A stretch of DNA of 64,000 bases. Origin: Cyanidioschyzon merolae. Its lineage: Eukaryota. The notes beneath the pieces were generated by a model. That model was not told where the DNA came from and ran no database searches. It saw only the letters and a list, made by a program, of their open reading frames with translations. This document shows, in pieces, positions 1 through 11,290 of this stretch (positions within the stretch are counted from its first letter, which is position 1; each line of letters begins with the position of its first letter). Location of the stretch: assembly GCA_000091205.1 (NCBI GenBank), contig AP006501.2, one strand, 5' to 3'. A program made the translations under genes and the position numbers.

Positions 1-699
1 GGCGCCTCGTAGGGCACCAGGCTCCCGAAAACTGGTGTTCCTCTTCCAAGGCAAAGGTAGCTGCAATCGTTCGCTATGGAAAATCTCTCAAAGTCTTTGC
101 GGTGGAACAGGACTCGCAACCAGTTTCGAGACGATCACGCCCAGAGAACCGGTGATAGAGGCAGGTCCGCGAACCGCGCCTGATAGACCAAAACCTCCGA
201 ACGAGAGCCAAGGGGTTCCTAGTCTTGCCGTGACCTCCTTCAAGAAAGCGCTTTTGTACGCTTGCGTATTCACTTTTTATACAAAGGTATGTTGTTCATC
301 TCGAAAACGAAGAGAGAAGGGTCAGAGTGATAGGGCCAGAGGCCTTCTCACCGTCTACATCCATGTCAGATCATCATGGAAAACTGCACTAGTCGTTCTG
401 CTCGTGCCTTATGACTTTTTTGATTTTTCTGCAGTACAATCTGGGTATTCATAGTCCAGCGATAGAGGGTTACGGAAACAGAGGTAGGTCTTGGGTTTTC
501 GTCTGTCTTTTTTGGACGGCTCCTTGGGATTTTTGTCGCTGGACTTTGTTCCATCATCGGAAGCAACCTGATCCACGATGCACTCGTACAAGGGGTTCCT
601 CAACTGATCGAAATCAGCATCCTATGCATTGTTAGATGACTCCACACTTGTTCGATCTTTACGGTTAGCAGGTCCAAATAACGCGTTCTTTCAACTATT

Positions 700-1560
700 C
701 AATCTTTCTGGCCGAGGCAACTCCTGGGCGCAGCAATTCGCTCTGCGGGATTCACAAGCAAACACTCCATAATGTTGCTTGATGCGTCGTTCACACGCTC
801 ATGCCGAACGTTTACTGAACTTGTCACGCCAAATAATTGATTCTGTTCCGAGTACAAACCCTTCTATCTGTGCGTCCGTGTACAAAACGGCAATCCACAG
901 CAGCATGATTTGCCTCATGCGATATGCTCCCAGAGACTACCGTTTCTCCTGCTTGGATGCAAAAGGGTCACAGATTCGCACCTAATTCATCAGAGCGACG
1001 AATATCAGGGGCGTATGTGTCTTCGCTTTGCCCGAAGTGACCATGGAAGGATCAAAATTTTGGGACTTGATCTCGAGCCTAGATTCTCCTTCCGGTACTT
1101 GGTACATCGTGGACAACATCATGTTACAGAAATCCTGTTCTGAACAGAGCAGCGTGCGCTTTTGTGTGCGTCGGACAGCGTACATGCAGGGCGGATCGCC
1201 TGGCTGAAGCTCGTGATCCTTGGGTTAAGCAGCAGTTGTGGAAACCGAAGAACGCGTCGCGAGGAGCCTTCAATACCCATCAAGAGCATCTACGGAGCAA
1301 CAAGTGAGGCGGCCGTGTGGCACAGTTCGGTCTCCGGAGGAGGCGCAGAAGTTGTGGTGGACATACGGGACCACCTGACCATACGCAGGTGCGACAAATG
1401 CGAAGGGCGCACACAGACAGTATCCAAACGACAAGATGAAAGTGACATGCGCAACGTTGATCGAAACTACCGTCTATGCACGGAGTGTGTTGACTATGGC
1501 CAGCAACTACGAATTTCGGGTTGCAAACCTGCCAACAACATCCATCGATTGCAGACAGCG
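700..1560. repeat. Copy A of a diverged, collinear duplicated segment of at least 850 bp; partner at ~8720..9520
   Basis: Blocks shared in the same order and orientation: CAGCAATTCGC, CTCATGCCGAA, ATATGCTCCCAGAG, GGATCAAAATTT..GATCTCGAG, CACCTGACCA, TGCGAAGGGCGC, CCAACATCCATCGATTGC. Confidence 0.7.
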
Positions 1561-3593
1561 TAACCGATGGGAACGCAGCGCACTGGGTGTTTCAGGCACG
1601 GGATACGAAAGGGGACATGACATCAGTCACAGGAAAAGCCCTGGAAGGCCGCAGGCGATAGCAGCGGGAAACCCCCGAAACGTTAGCGTGCACGCTCGAG
1701 TCAGAGGACCCATTCCTATGCATCCTCGCAAATGCAGGGATGCTGCCTTACCGTACCCTCGCCGTCGACCTAGGGAAAAACGATTGCAAAATCCGTTCGA
1801 GAGTCATACCGAGACATATTGTTCACTCGTGGAGGCTCGTGTCGCGTCAGCCACAGCTCAAAAAGCCACGTATTGGGTTCATCGTCTATGCTCACTCGAT
1901 GGAAGCGCCGTCGACCGACGACTAGTTCGACTTCACCTGCAGCCGCTACGTACCATTGAATTCCGCTCCAGACTGGGCCCGCACAAAACTCGCTCACATA
2001 TTTGACCAGATAAAAAAGCGTGCTTGAAACCCTGCCTCGAAGCTTCTCAGGCGTCCATCGTTACCAGCGGCACTTGTTTCGAACGCCCACGCCTGCATTT
2101 CTATTGTTCAGAGCATCGCAACGAGAGCGTGTTTGTCTATACACCGACGTGCAGACGCCTCCCAGCCTTTTCGACCGGCCCCCTGCTATCAGCCTCAGCT
2201 TCTCCTTGCACACTTCGGAATGAAGAGGTTGTCCCACAAAATTCACTTGCGTCAGCACCGCGGATCTCGTCTACAGCATCGCACATTGTCTGATATTAAG
2301 AGCGGCGTTAACGTCTCGGTTCACGAACTCACTGCGTTTCTTGCCGCCGCTTGTACTCAGGATCGCGAGGATTCCTAGTACTCGTGCCCAGTGTGCCACA
2401 ACAGTGTCGTCATCGGCCCGCCGGGCGAGCGCTTTTTCTCTTCTATTTTCCCTGTTCTTCTTCGTCATTTGCTCTATTTCGATTGATGGTCGGCGAATAT
2501 GGTATTGATCGTTCACTCCCGGCAGCGGGTACTGGCGGCCCCGAAGGATACCCGACTTGAATGTCCATATCTTTATTTTTTTAAAATCGAACCCAGTTTG
2601 AGCGCGTATGCTATAAACCGCGAAAAATCGCCTGAATAGACTTCCGTGAGGGTTGAAATACGATTGAGACGAAAGACTATACTTTGCTATGACTTCAACG
2701 CAAATGGACCGCCTACGTTACAGCCACACGCTAATGATCAGGATCGCGTTTCCCTTCAACGGCGATAGACGCATCGTATCTCATGCCTCCCAGATATGGA
2801 GGCTGGCGTATCGACCGAACTATCTAGAACGAGGAACGGAGACTAGGCACTACATGGCAACTCGATAACAATTTCGATCCTCGCTACGATAAGCGCTAAA
2901 ACGGGAAATCGTTTCCGAAGTGTCGAAAGTCTACCTCACAGGCGGCAGGTCCCGCGAGCCGGACGTCTCTCCCGGGCTGGTGCTTCATGCTCCCCCAGTG
3001 CCCGGTGCTGTTGCGAGGCCTGAGCAAATCGCCCGCAATGCACTTGATCCTGGGACCAGGAGCGCGTAAACTGCATCTAGGCGTCGGCTTGGTCGCCGAA
3101 GTATCCCAGTATATCGCTGCGCGCTCCACAGGCGGGACGTCTGTCTGCGCAGCTTGCAGACTCCCCGAATGCTTGTGTTCTCCGATGCCGTGCGGAACGG
3201 ACCACGCCTCGAATCGATCCACTATGTAGTCTGGCAATGCCGTTCTGTCTCTATGCTGCATCTGCATCGCCGTTAAGGGTGCCAAGGCAAGTGCTCTAGG
3301 TACGCAAAGCCCCCGATAGAACGCACAAAACGACCGGTACATCCGAGAGGAACTCTATATGATGGTACATGGTAGTATTGCGCAGCATGATGGAAACTTG
3401 GTCGTTTACGGGTACCCATCGATCACGCAAGCTGGGACCCATGGTCAATATAAGCGACTTTTATCATCCGGAAATCGTCAAGCGTTGCGGTCGGTGCGCA
3501 GATGCGTTGCACTGCGACACGCCCAGAGGCCGGTGCGTTCCAGGCTCCGCCCGAGTGCTGCTGCTTGCTTGTCTGTTTCTTCTCTCGTACTTC

Positions 3594-4406
3594 ATGGATC
3601 AAGTGAATAGTTCTAACTCACTAACAATTGCAATAGTTGGTTTCGGCAACTTCGGACAGTTTTTGGCGAAAGCGTTTGTTCAGGCCGGTCACCGGGTGAT
3701 CGGACATTCGCGCACCAACTACGAAGCGATTGCGAGGCAGCTCGGTTGCGGTTTCGAAACCAGTGCGGATGCGCTGATGGACCTCCATAATCCTGACATT
3801 GTCGTGTTATCGACTTCGATACTCTCAACCGAAGAGGTCCTGCGCCGATTCCCGACAGCGAAGCTTCGGAGCTGCCTCGTTGTCGACGTGCTGAGCGTCA
3901 AGGTGTATGCACGGGAGCTCATGCTACGCTACGCACCTGAAGAGGCTGATATTTTGGCGACGCATCCCATGTTTGGTCCAGAGTCAGGACGTGGTTCATG
4001 GCGGGGCTTACCATTTGTCTTTGAGCGCACGCGAGTTCGTCAGCACGAGCGTTGCGAGGCCTTTCTATCTATCTTTCGGGAGCGTGGTTGCACGCTCATC
4101 GAGATGCCATGTCAAGAACATGATCACTATGCGGCGAGTACACAATTCATCACCCATACGACAGGTCGCATGTTGGCCGAGCTCAAAATTGCCTCCACAC
4201 CAATCAACACCCGCGGCTTTGAAGCACTGTTGGCGGTTGTAGAGACGACGGTGCGGGATTCTTTCGATCTCTATTACGGTTTGTACCGCTTTAATCCGAA
4301 TGCAAAGCAAGAGTTGGAGAAGATGCAGCGAGCACTCGAGCAAGTACGAGCCCAACTCGAAGCGTACGACCGCAAGTGTCGCGAGGCTGAAGCACGCTCA
4401 GCCTGA
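3594..4406 (+). CDS. Arogenate/prephenate dehydrogenase (TyrA-type, short plant/oomycete-like form); ORF track extends 5' to 3369, the ATG at 3594 gives a ~270-aa protein
   Basis: Rossmann motif IAIVGFGNFGQFLAKAF at the N-terminus of the catalytic part; HPMFGPESG and downstream TyrA dimerisation-domain pattern; size matches single-domain arogenate dehydrogenases. Confidence 0.75.
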   Translation: MDQVNSSNSLTIAIVGFGNFGQFLAKAFVQAGHRVIGHSRTNYEAIARQLGCGFETSADALMDLHNPDIVVLSTSILSTEEVLRRFPTAKLRSCLVVDVLSVKVYARELMLRYAPEEADILATHPMFGPESGRGSWRGLPFVFERTRVRQHERCEAFLSIFRERGCTLIEMPCQEHDHYAASTQFITHTTGRMLAELKIASTPINTRGFEALLAVVETTVRDSFDLYYGLYRFNPNAKQELEKMQRALEQVRAQLEAYDRKCREAEARSA

Positions 4407-4710
4407 AACCCCAGTGGACGCTATCTTTCACGAGGTGCGAGACATGGACGGGATATATGGCGCGCTGTGTTGGGAACGGCCGTGTAAGCTGGTCGGCTGC
4501 TACCGGGAGCATCGCATCGAGATGCCCGTGCCTGCTCTCGAGTCCGTGGGCTCGGAGACCGGACGCTCCGGCGCTGCCAAGACAAGATGTCGATATGGGC
4601 GATACGTACACGATTGATGAATTTTCTGCAGAATGCTGAGAGGTGCCACGGCATTACGCGACGGTACTGTGGCGTTGCAACGCCCATCTTGCCACGGAGC
4701 GCCCACAGGC

Positions 4711-4733
4711 GCGCGCGCACACACACACACACA
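4711..4733. repeat. (GC)4(AC)8 microsatellite in the TyrA/PDHB convergent intergenic region
   Basis: gcgcgcgcacacacacacacaca observed directly. Confidence 0.9.
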
Positions 4734-5374
4734 AAGGCCTTATTTTTCTGCTGACCCGATAGGCGCCGAGCTTCGCACAAACGCTTGCTACGGAGCTTGT
4801 CGGGTCAGCAGACAAATGAGGTCCTCGTGCTGCGACCTGTGGACGTCGGAGCGCAAGCCGGATCCGGCGATGACGACTCCCCGTCCGGATGCGAACGAGA
4901 ACATTCAGCTGCCGCGCAAGGTTCCGGAAATCGCGTTTTTCATGGCATTCGCCATCGGGATGTTGCACTCGTTCGCTGTGTGTTGTTATTCCGGACCAGA
5001 TCGCTGGTCATGCTGAGATTGTTCAACGTGTCACGCAATGGTGACGAATGGGCTCCTGCTGTGCGACATGAATCATTTTATACTCGTCATTGGGATTCTG
5101 GAGCCCAACGCATCTGCGAGCTAGGCACGTCGCCGTGATTCACCGGTTAAAGGTTTCACTTTTGCTCAAAGCGTAGTGTGCACTCAGTACAGCTTCAAAA
5201 AAATTGACAATGTGTCTGCGATACATTCGAGTCGATTCCAACGCTTGCGGCCTCTTAGGGACTGGATGCGTTACTCCAGCCGCAGCACATGTGCCTCGGA
5301 GGTAGCAGCTTGCGAAAGCATGGTCGTCGCTGGGAGCGCGCTGCGCGTTGAACCCCATGGCATCATCGCTGCGC

Positions 5375-6553
5375 TCACGATTGGCCAGCGAGGACAGCGG
5401 CTCTGTTGGCAGCCGCCTCCAGCCCTGGCCGTGAACACTGGCGTCGCACTGCCCGTTTCACATCATCTACAGACGGCAAGGCGCGCTCTTCCAGATTCTT
5501 TGCATAGGGCATGACAACATCTGCACCAGTGACGCGCTCACACGGGGCGTCCAGATAATCAAACGCTGGAGACTCTAGGATTCGCGCACAGATCTCTGCC
5601 CCGACACCGCTCTGGGGGAAGCCGCCCTCCACAGTCACACATCGGTGTGTGTGCATCACGGATTCAATGATTGTCTGGTCATCAATGGGTCGAATAGTTC
5701 GCAGATTAATAACCTCCACCTGGATGCCATCCTCGGCCTGCAATTCTTCAGCGGCCTGCAGCGCAAGCCCCACATACCGACCCAGTGCAACCACTGTGCA
5801 ATCACTGCCCGAACGCGCAACTTTTGCCTTCCCCAGTGGTACGACAAAATCCGGCTTCATGACTTGTTCCGAGACCTTAAAGCTCCGTCCATACATGATT
5901 TCATCTTCAAGCACACAAACGGGATTGTCGTCCAAAATCGCCGCTGTGAGAAGTCCCTTGGCGTCTTCTGCGTCGAAGGGCATCACGACCTTCAGGCCTG
6001 GTACGTGTCCGTACCAGGCAGCGTAGCACTGCGAGTGTTGACCTGCGACACCCGCAGCGGCACCGTTCGGCCCTCGAAACACGATCGGCACTTTAATGCG
6101 GCCTCCACTCATATAGTGTGTTTTCGCTGCTGAGTTCACAATCTGATCTATTGCTTGCATAGCAAAGTTCCAGGTCATAAACTCCACTACAGGGCGCAGC
6201 GCACCACCTCGCGGCTCTGAACCTCGCGTCGCAGTGAACGCGGCACCGACACCGAGACCCGCGAAACCCTGCTCCGTGATCGGCGTGTCGATCACACGTT
6301 CCGTACCGTACTTTTCGAGTAAACCTTTGGTGACTTTGTAAGCGCCCTGGTACTGCGCAACTTCTTCGCCAAGGATGACCACGCGCGGATCACGTTCCAT
6401 TGCCTGATCCAATGCCGTGTTTAACGCTTCCCGAACGGTGACTTCCACGTCACCTCCAGTTGATGCCCATCGCCGCACAGTTTGACCCAACGGTGACCTA
6501 TGAATCAAAGTGTTCGCCCGACCAAATCGCGTGATAAACTGTGTCGCCACCAT
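5375..6553 (-). CDS. PDHB: Pyruvate dehydrogenase E1 component beta subunit, mitochondrial type, with Arg-rich N-terminal presequence
   Basis: Full-length match to PDH E1-beta pattern ([25 protein letters not shown]..., [27 protein letters not shown], transketolase C-terminal domain); N-terminus [19 protein letters not shown]... is presequence-like. Confidence 0.9.
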   Translation of the reverse strand: MVATQFITRFGRANTLIHRSPLGQTVRRWASTGGDVEVTVREALNTALDQAMERDPRVVILGEEVAQYQGAYKVTKGLLEKYGTERVIDTPITEQGFAGLGVGAAFTATRGSEPRGGALRPVVEFMTWNFAMQAIDQIVNSAAKTHYMSGGRIKVPIVFRGPNGAAAGVAGQHSQCYAAWYGHVPGLKVVMPFDAEDAKGLLTAAILDDNPVCVLEDEIMYGRSFKVSEQVMKPDFVVPLGKAKVARSGSDCTVVALGRYVGLALQAAEELQAEDGIQVEVINLRTIRPIDDQTIIESVMHTHRCVTVEGGFPQSGVGAEICARILESPAFDYLDAPCERVTGADVVMPYAKNLEERALPSVDDVKRAVRRQCSRPGLEAAANRAAVLAGQS

Positions 6554-7189
6554 GGTCGCGTCTCGAAACGCATAAAGCGTTGAAACGCCACAAGCACCAA
6601 CGATGCACCTATTGCTTCGAGTCGCTTGCGTGACGCCGGCGGCGATTCTTTTCCTTCATTGACAAAACGTGTACTGAGGCCAGCGTTCTCCGATGATGCG
6701 CTTTTTTCTATTCTTAGTTTTTTTGTGTTGTTTTCCAGTGCACGGTGAGGTATCTATCAAACCCCTACCTCCATGTTACATTACCGATACTTCATCTCGG
6801 ATATTCTGGTCGTTTCACCGCCGATGAGGATGATGATCGCCTTTGTCGATGCACGCTGCATTCGTCAACTGAAAACCGCACCGGCGATGGGCGCGCATCG
6901 AGTGCGGCAGCGGCAATCGGCGAACGACGTATCGGGAGGGTATCCATTTGGATCGTTGGGTGATATTCTCGGTGAACGTCAAGTCGGTGTAAAGCGTTTC
7001 GTTTCATTTCACTGAATGTACGTACTCGTTGGTTGGGTTGGTTCCATATCTTCGAAATCACGTACCAGACGCTTTCAAGGAGGTGGGTACGATTACCTAT
7101 GTTTTGAATTGCAGAGCCGATGCGTTGCCAGGAGCCGCGGGCGACAGCGTGCTCCTTGCCAGCGCGCGACCGCCAGGGCGCCGTGGTTG

Positions 7190-8014
7190 ATGACCGGTGG
7201 CACAGCCTCGTCGGGCAAACCAGAACCATCCGATGAGCGTGAAGGTAAATCGTCTAGTGAGCCCCCTGCTCCGAAATATCGCGCGGAAGAACTGTTGGCG
7301 TGGTTGGAGTCTGCGGACCCGACGACGCGCCTCCGCGCGGTGCTCGCGTGCCGCCACCTGACCGCTGTTGAGGCGGCGCCTGTCTTGGAGAAGGCAGTGC
7401 GAATAAACGAACCCGAGGTGCAGAACCGATCCTTTGCGGCTCTCGCGCTGGGTTACTTGCCGAATGAGCGCTCGTACGAGTTGCTGTCCGGGATACTGCG
7501 TAACGATATTTCGGGCGAGGTTCGCTCGAGCGCAGCAGCAGCACTGGGGTATCTGGGCGAACGACGCGCGGTTCCCGAGCTGCGTATTGCGCTCTTGGAG
7601 GATTTTCATTGGTCAACACGGATATCTGCGGCAGTCTCCCTGGGTTTGCTCCAGGATGAACGCGCGTTTGATGCTCTGGTCGATGGTCTTCGGCTGGCGC
7701 GACGTTATCGACGCGAAGAGGGAAACGCTTTGAAGAGAGCTTGCCTGGGATCGCTGGGCGAGCTCGGGATGCCCCAGGCGGTGTCGCATCTGGTTTTTTA
7801 TGCGCAGGAGCGCGACTTTTTGACGCGCCAAGTGCTAGCCGAAGCACTCGGGCGATTGCTTCATCGAACCCGTCGGCTGGAAGCTGATCGAATGACCCAG
7901 AGGCAACTGCAACTCGCACGAGAGTGTTTGGAGTATCTGGCCCGTGATGATCATGAAAATGTCCGCCGCGCCGCCCAGCTCGCTTTGGCAAATCTTTCCG
8001 TCGTTTCCGACTGA
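7190..8014 (+). CDS. PBS-lyase/HEAT-like repeat protein; ORF track begins at 7016 but the first 58 codons are low-complexity Arg-rich, so the ATG at 7190 is preferred
   Basis: Tandem HEAT-like repeats of the form E/DxxVRxxAAxALGxLG (VRSSAAAALGYLGERRAVPELRIALLEDFHWSTRISAAVSLGLL...). Confidence 0.55.
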   Translation: MTGGTASSGKPEPSDEREGKSSSEPPAPKYRAEELLAWLESADPTTRLRAVLACRHLTAVEAAPVLEKAVRINEPEVQNRSFAALALGYLPNERSYELLSGILRNDISGEVRSSAAAALGYLGERRAVPELRIALLEDFHWSTRISAAVSLGLLQDERAFDALVDGLRLARRYRREEGNALKRACLGSLGELGMPQAVSHLVFYAQERDFLTRQVLAEALGRLLHRTRRLEADRMTQRQLQLARECLEYLARDDHENVRRAAQLALANLSVVSD

Positions 8015-8719
8015 AAACCCTCTGACGCTGCACGCGCCGGTCTATGCCCAGAATCCGTATTGAGACTCTGACGACATGAACCAGATAAAATATCTTTTTT
8101 GGCTCTGAACTCGCTACTCACATGGACCTCTGCAAGTCCCGAGCCGTCTCCGCTTTACGCGTTCCCAGGGCATTGCCCAGCATCGTTCTGGAGCCAGCGC
8201 CGGTCACCCTGTACACGGAAGCATCCCAGAAGCTTCGCCGGAGGTGTGCAGCGTTTCCAGCGCAAACACGCGACCGGAGTGATGCAGATCGGAATGCAGC
8301 AGCGCAATCATTATCGTGTTATTGAAAGGTTGGTAACGGAGGCTTTTCTATCCTGACCTAGAATGCCGTTAAACCCGTATCAGATGAATATCGAGAACTG
8401 AACTGGTTGTTGTGGTGCTTTCGTGCGATATTTTTCCATGCTCTTTTCAGATGTACAGTCGGGATATGCAAAGTGCAGCAACATGAGCTACTGGATGCAT
8501 GTGTCGTGTTACGGCTTTCGATCGTTTGTTCGGTTGCGCTCTTTCGACGTTTTGCCGATGACAATCGTGACTTGATCGGAATCAAGCGGATTCTCAAAGC
8601 CTTCAACCAAAGCTTCGTAAAATAACCGATATCCTTATCTGATAACAACGCAGAGGCCCTTGCAACACTCCTTTCCATACTTGAAACATGCTCAACTCAT
8701 GCATTCTTCATGTTTGCAG

Positions 8720-9520
8720 TCTTTCGGTTTCAACGCACGTCGTGCGTGCAGCAATTCGCACCGCTGAATTGACGAGAAAATGGACGGGACGTCGTCCCGT
8801 GATTCCTTGTTCAACAGCTCATGCCGAAATCTGACGGGACTTTTTTTCTTTGATTCCTCACATAGGATATATGCTCCCAGAGGCTCCCGTCTTTTCTGAC
8901 CGCCTGGATAAGCGACTTGGACCTGGACTCGAGGCACCACAGCGATCGCTTCCGATCCCGAGCGCGTCAGTAATTTGCGCGAAGCGAGCGTAGGTGGATC
9001 CAAAAATTTCTCGACGTGATCTCGAGTGTGGATTTTCTTTCAGCTACTTGTTTCATCCTGAACAACATTGCGATCTACAAATCCTATATCGAATCAAACA
9101 ACATGCGTTTGCAGCGGAAAGAGTACTCGCGGAAGGGATGGCCCAATGAAAGCCCGTGATCGTAGGGCACGGCACCGGGTGCGGAAATGATGGGCGGCAT
9201 CGAGGCGAGCCTTCTGTTGAGGTACGGGTATGCAGGGTGGGATGAATCAGGCGTTCAAGCGGCACGGGTCGGCCCTCGGAAGAGGACAGGTTGGTAGACT
9301 TATAGGTGCACCTGACCACGACGAAGTGTCTCGGCTGCGAAGTGCGCTTCCAGGGATGAGTGCAAACAGGATGACAATTCCAAGCGACGTTTGTATTGCA
9401 ACAATCGCATGTGGATGAAATGGGTCAGCAACAGCTGAAGGGATCGAGAATGGGACTCGAACGCCACCACCAACATCCTTCGACTGCTGGCAACGAAACT
9501 CGAGGGGAGTGAGAGACCGG
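8720..9520. repeat. Copy B of the duplicated segment (partner of ~700..1560)
   Basis: Same conserved blocks as copy A (ATATATGCTCCCAGAG, GGATCCAAAAATTT..GATCTCGAG, CACCTGACCA, TGCGAAGTGCGC, CCAACATCCTTCGACTGC); estimated 60-70% identity. Confidence 0.7.
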
Positions 9521-9927
9521 CTCATTGAAAGCCGGGAATATGAAAGCGGACAAGGAAGCTGTCGGAGAAAAATCGCATCATAGCTGGTTTTGATGGCATT
9601 AGGAAAAGACGCAAACCTCAAACTGGACCCCCGAGTTAGCTGAGTGCACTCATCGCATTTTATTCTGATACGGCTGCTGTCTGCGATCAAGATACCCCTG
9701 TTGATTGTTTTGTTACCGTATGCGCCTGCTCGTTTGGATTCTGACCTGGCTCCCTTGCAACCGAGAAGCAGCCGGTGCTGGCGAAAACACAGATGCTGGC
9801 TCGCCGCGCACCGAATAACCTCGATACGCTGCAACTTTGGCAAACGTTTGACGCACGTCGCTAAACCGTTGAACCAGCTGCCGCGTATCCCGTCACTGTA
9901 CTGCGAACAGGTCGCGCCCATGCGTTC

Positions 9928-11175
9928 ATGGCACGAGGCACTCGCAAAGTGAACAGTTCATCGAAAACCGGCTCCAGTTCGGTTGGCAACGCCGGCCCCG
10001 GTACTCGAGTGGCGGTGGTTATCGGAGGCGCGGGCTTCACCGGCCAGTACCTCGTGCGTCGCCTACTTCAAGGTCTCGAGAAACCGTTTTGCGAGCCTTA
10101 TGGTGAAGTACGGATCGTGGACACCCTGCAACCTTCGGCGGACGTAGCAGGTGACGCTCGCGTTCACTACTTTCAGGGCGCTGTTGGCGCTGGTACCGAC
10201 GACTTCCTCCGCGAGGCGTTCGCTGGAGCCACCTCGTGCTTCTACGTCGCTTCGACGGACTCAAGAACGCTTTCCCGGTCTCGGGCGTGGCGGACAAACG
10301 TCTACGGCGCGATGCAGTGTCTCGAGTTCGCTCAGTGCTCGGGACTGAAAGCGTTTGTGTACACATCAAGTCACAACGTGGTGTGTGATTTTCGCACACC
10401 TATTCGTGGCGCCGACGAAGTCACGAGCCGCATTCCCTCACGACACTGCGACGTCTACTCGGCAAGCAAAGCGGCCGCAGAACAGCTCATACTCGCCAGA
10501 GACACACCCGGCCAGCTCCGCGTGTGTGCTATTCGACCGGTGGGTATATACGGACCAGGGGAACAGGTTCACTTCAATCGACTTTTTCAATTATCGCGGT
10601 ATCTGGGCATGCACTGGATAGAGACCGTACCTCACGATCCGTTCTGTATGGATTGGGTCCACGTCGAGTCGGTTGCGGACGCGTTGCTGCTGGGAGCAGC
10701 GGCTCTGATGGATCCCGAACGTCAGCCACTGGTTGCTGGCAAGGCCTTTTTTGTCACCGACGACGGCGGACCGACGAGTGTCCAACGAGTTTTCGATCCC
10801 GTCCTGGAAGCCGCAGGCATTCGCCTGCCAAAGCAACGCTTTCGCGTCCACTGGCGTCTTCTGTATGTGTTTGCGCTGATGTGTGAGCTCGTCGCATGGG
10901 TGCTGGACGATAAGCCGCTGTTGATGCGGATGGAGATCCGCAAAGCGCACATCGCCCACACCTTCCGAACAGACGCTGCTCGACAGGCGCTTGGCTATGC
11001 TCCACGGTATACAACCGCCGCCGGTATCCAAGCTTGGGCAGAACTTGTTCGCAAACAGTTGGCTGGTCGTGTGCTCGAGACAGATCCGATCGAGATTCGG
11101 CGTCTGTGTCGTCAAGTAGCCTCCATATCGAGTATATTTATCATCGTTACTGCTGTAGCAGCTTCGGTTGCTTAA
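9928..11175 (+). CDS. 3-beta-hydroxysteroid dehydrogenase/isomerase family (sterol-4-alpha-carboxylate 3-dehydrogenase, ERG26/NSDHL-like) with C-terminal membrane anchor
   Basis: NAD(P)-binding VAVVIGGAGFTGQYL, catalytic YSASKAAAEQ (YxxxK), overall 3beta-HSD family architecture, hydrophobic C-terminus SISSIFIIVTAVAASVA. Confidence 0.8.
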   Translation: MARGTRKVNSSSKTGSSSVGNAGPGTRVAVVIGGAGFTGQYLVRRLLQGLEKPFCEPYGEVRIVDTLQPSADVAGDARVHYFQGAVGAGTDDFLREAFAGATSCFYVASTDSRTLSRSRAWRTNVYGAMQCLEFAQCSGLKAFVYTSSHNVVCDFRTPIRGADEVTSRIPSRHCDVYSASKAAAEQLILARDTPGQLRVCAIRPVGIYGPGEQVHFNRLFQLSRYLGMHWIETVPHDPFCMDWVHVESVADALLLGAAALMDPERQPLVAGKAFFVTDDGGPTSVQRVFDPVLEAAGIRLPKQRFRVHWRLLYVFALMCELVAWVLDDKPLLMRMEIRKAHIAHTFRTDAARQALGYAPRYTTAAGIQAWAELVRKQLAGRVLETDPIEIRRLCRQVASISSIFIIVTAVAASVA

Positions 11176-11290
11176 TTGCGTTGCGTCGGTATGTAAATCT
11201 CGTGTGACTCGTGAACATGCGCTTTCACGTCGTCGTATGCGTTTGGAATCGAGGTGCGGCCAATACGTAGCGGAACGTTCATGCTGCGTG

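Noticed and set aside
1436-2005. 189-aa ORF as a candidate gene in the gene-free first 3 kb
   Set aside because: No recognisable similarity and Arg-rich GC-driven composition; lies in the duplicated/diverged segment where frames are not conserved between copies
7254-8033. Long antisense ORFs overlapping real genes (7254..8033 -, 10591..11379 -, 12072..12647 +, 16675..17268 -, 40187..40936 -, 45615..46163 +, 52378..53079 -)
   Set aside because: Expected by-products of high GC content opposite genuine coding regions; no homology and they are fully embedded in better-supported genes
9440-9535. tRNA-like 3' end (minus-strand GGCGTTCGAGTCCCATT, i.e. a TΨC-loop-like GTTCGAGTC)
   Set aside because: Putative T-stem halves (TGGCG / CCCAT) do not base-pair and no acceptor/D/anticodon arms can be folded; probably chance similarity
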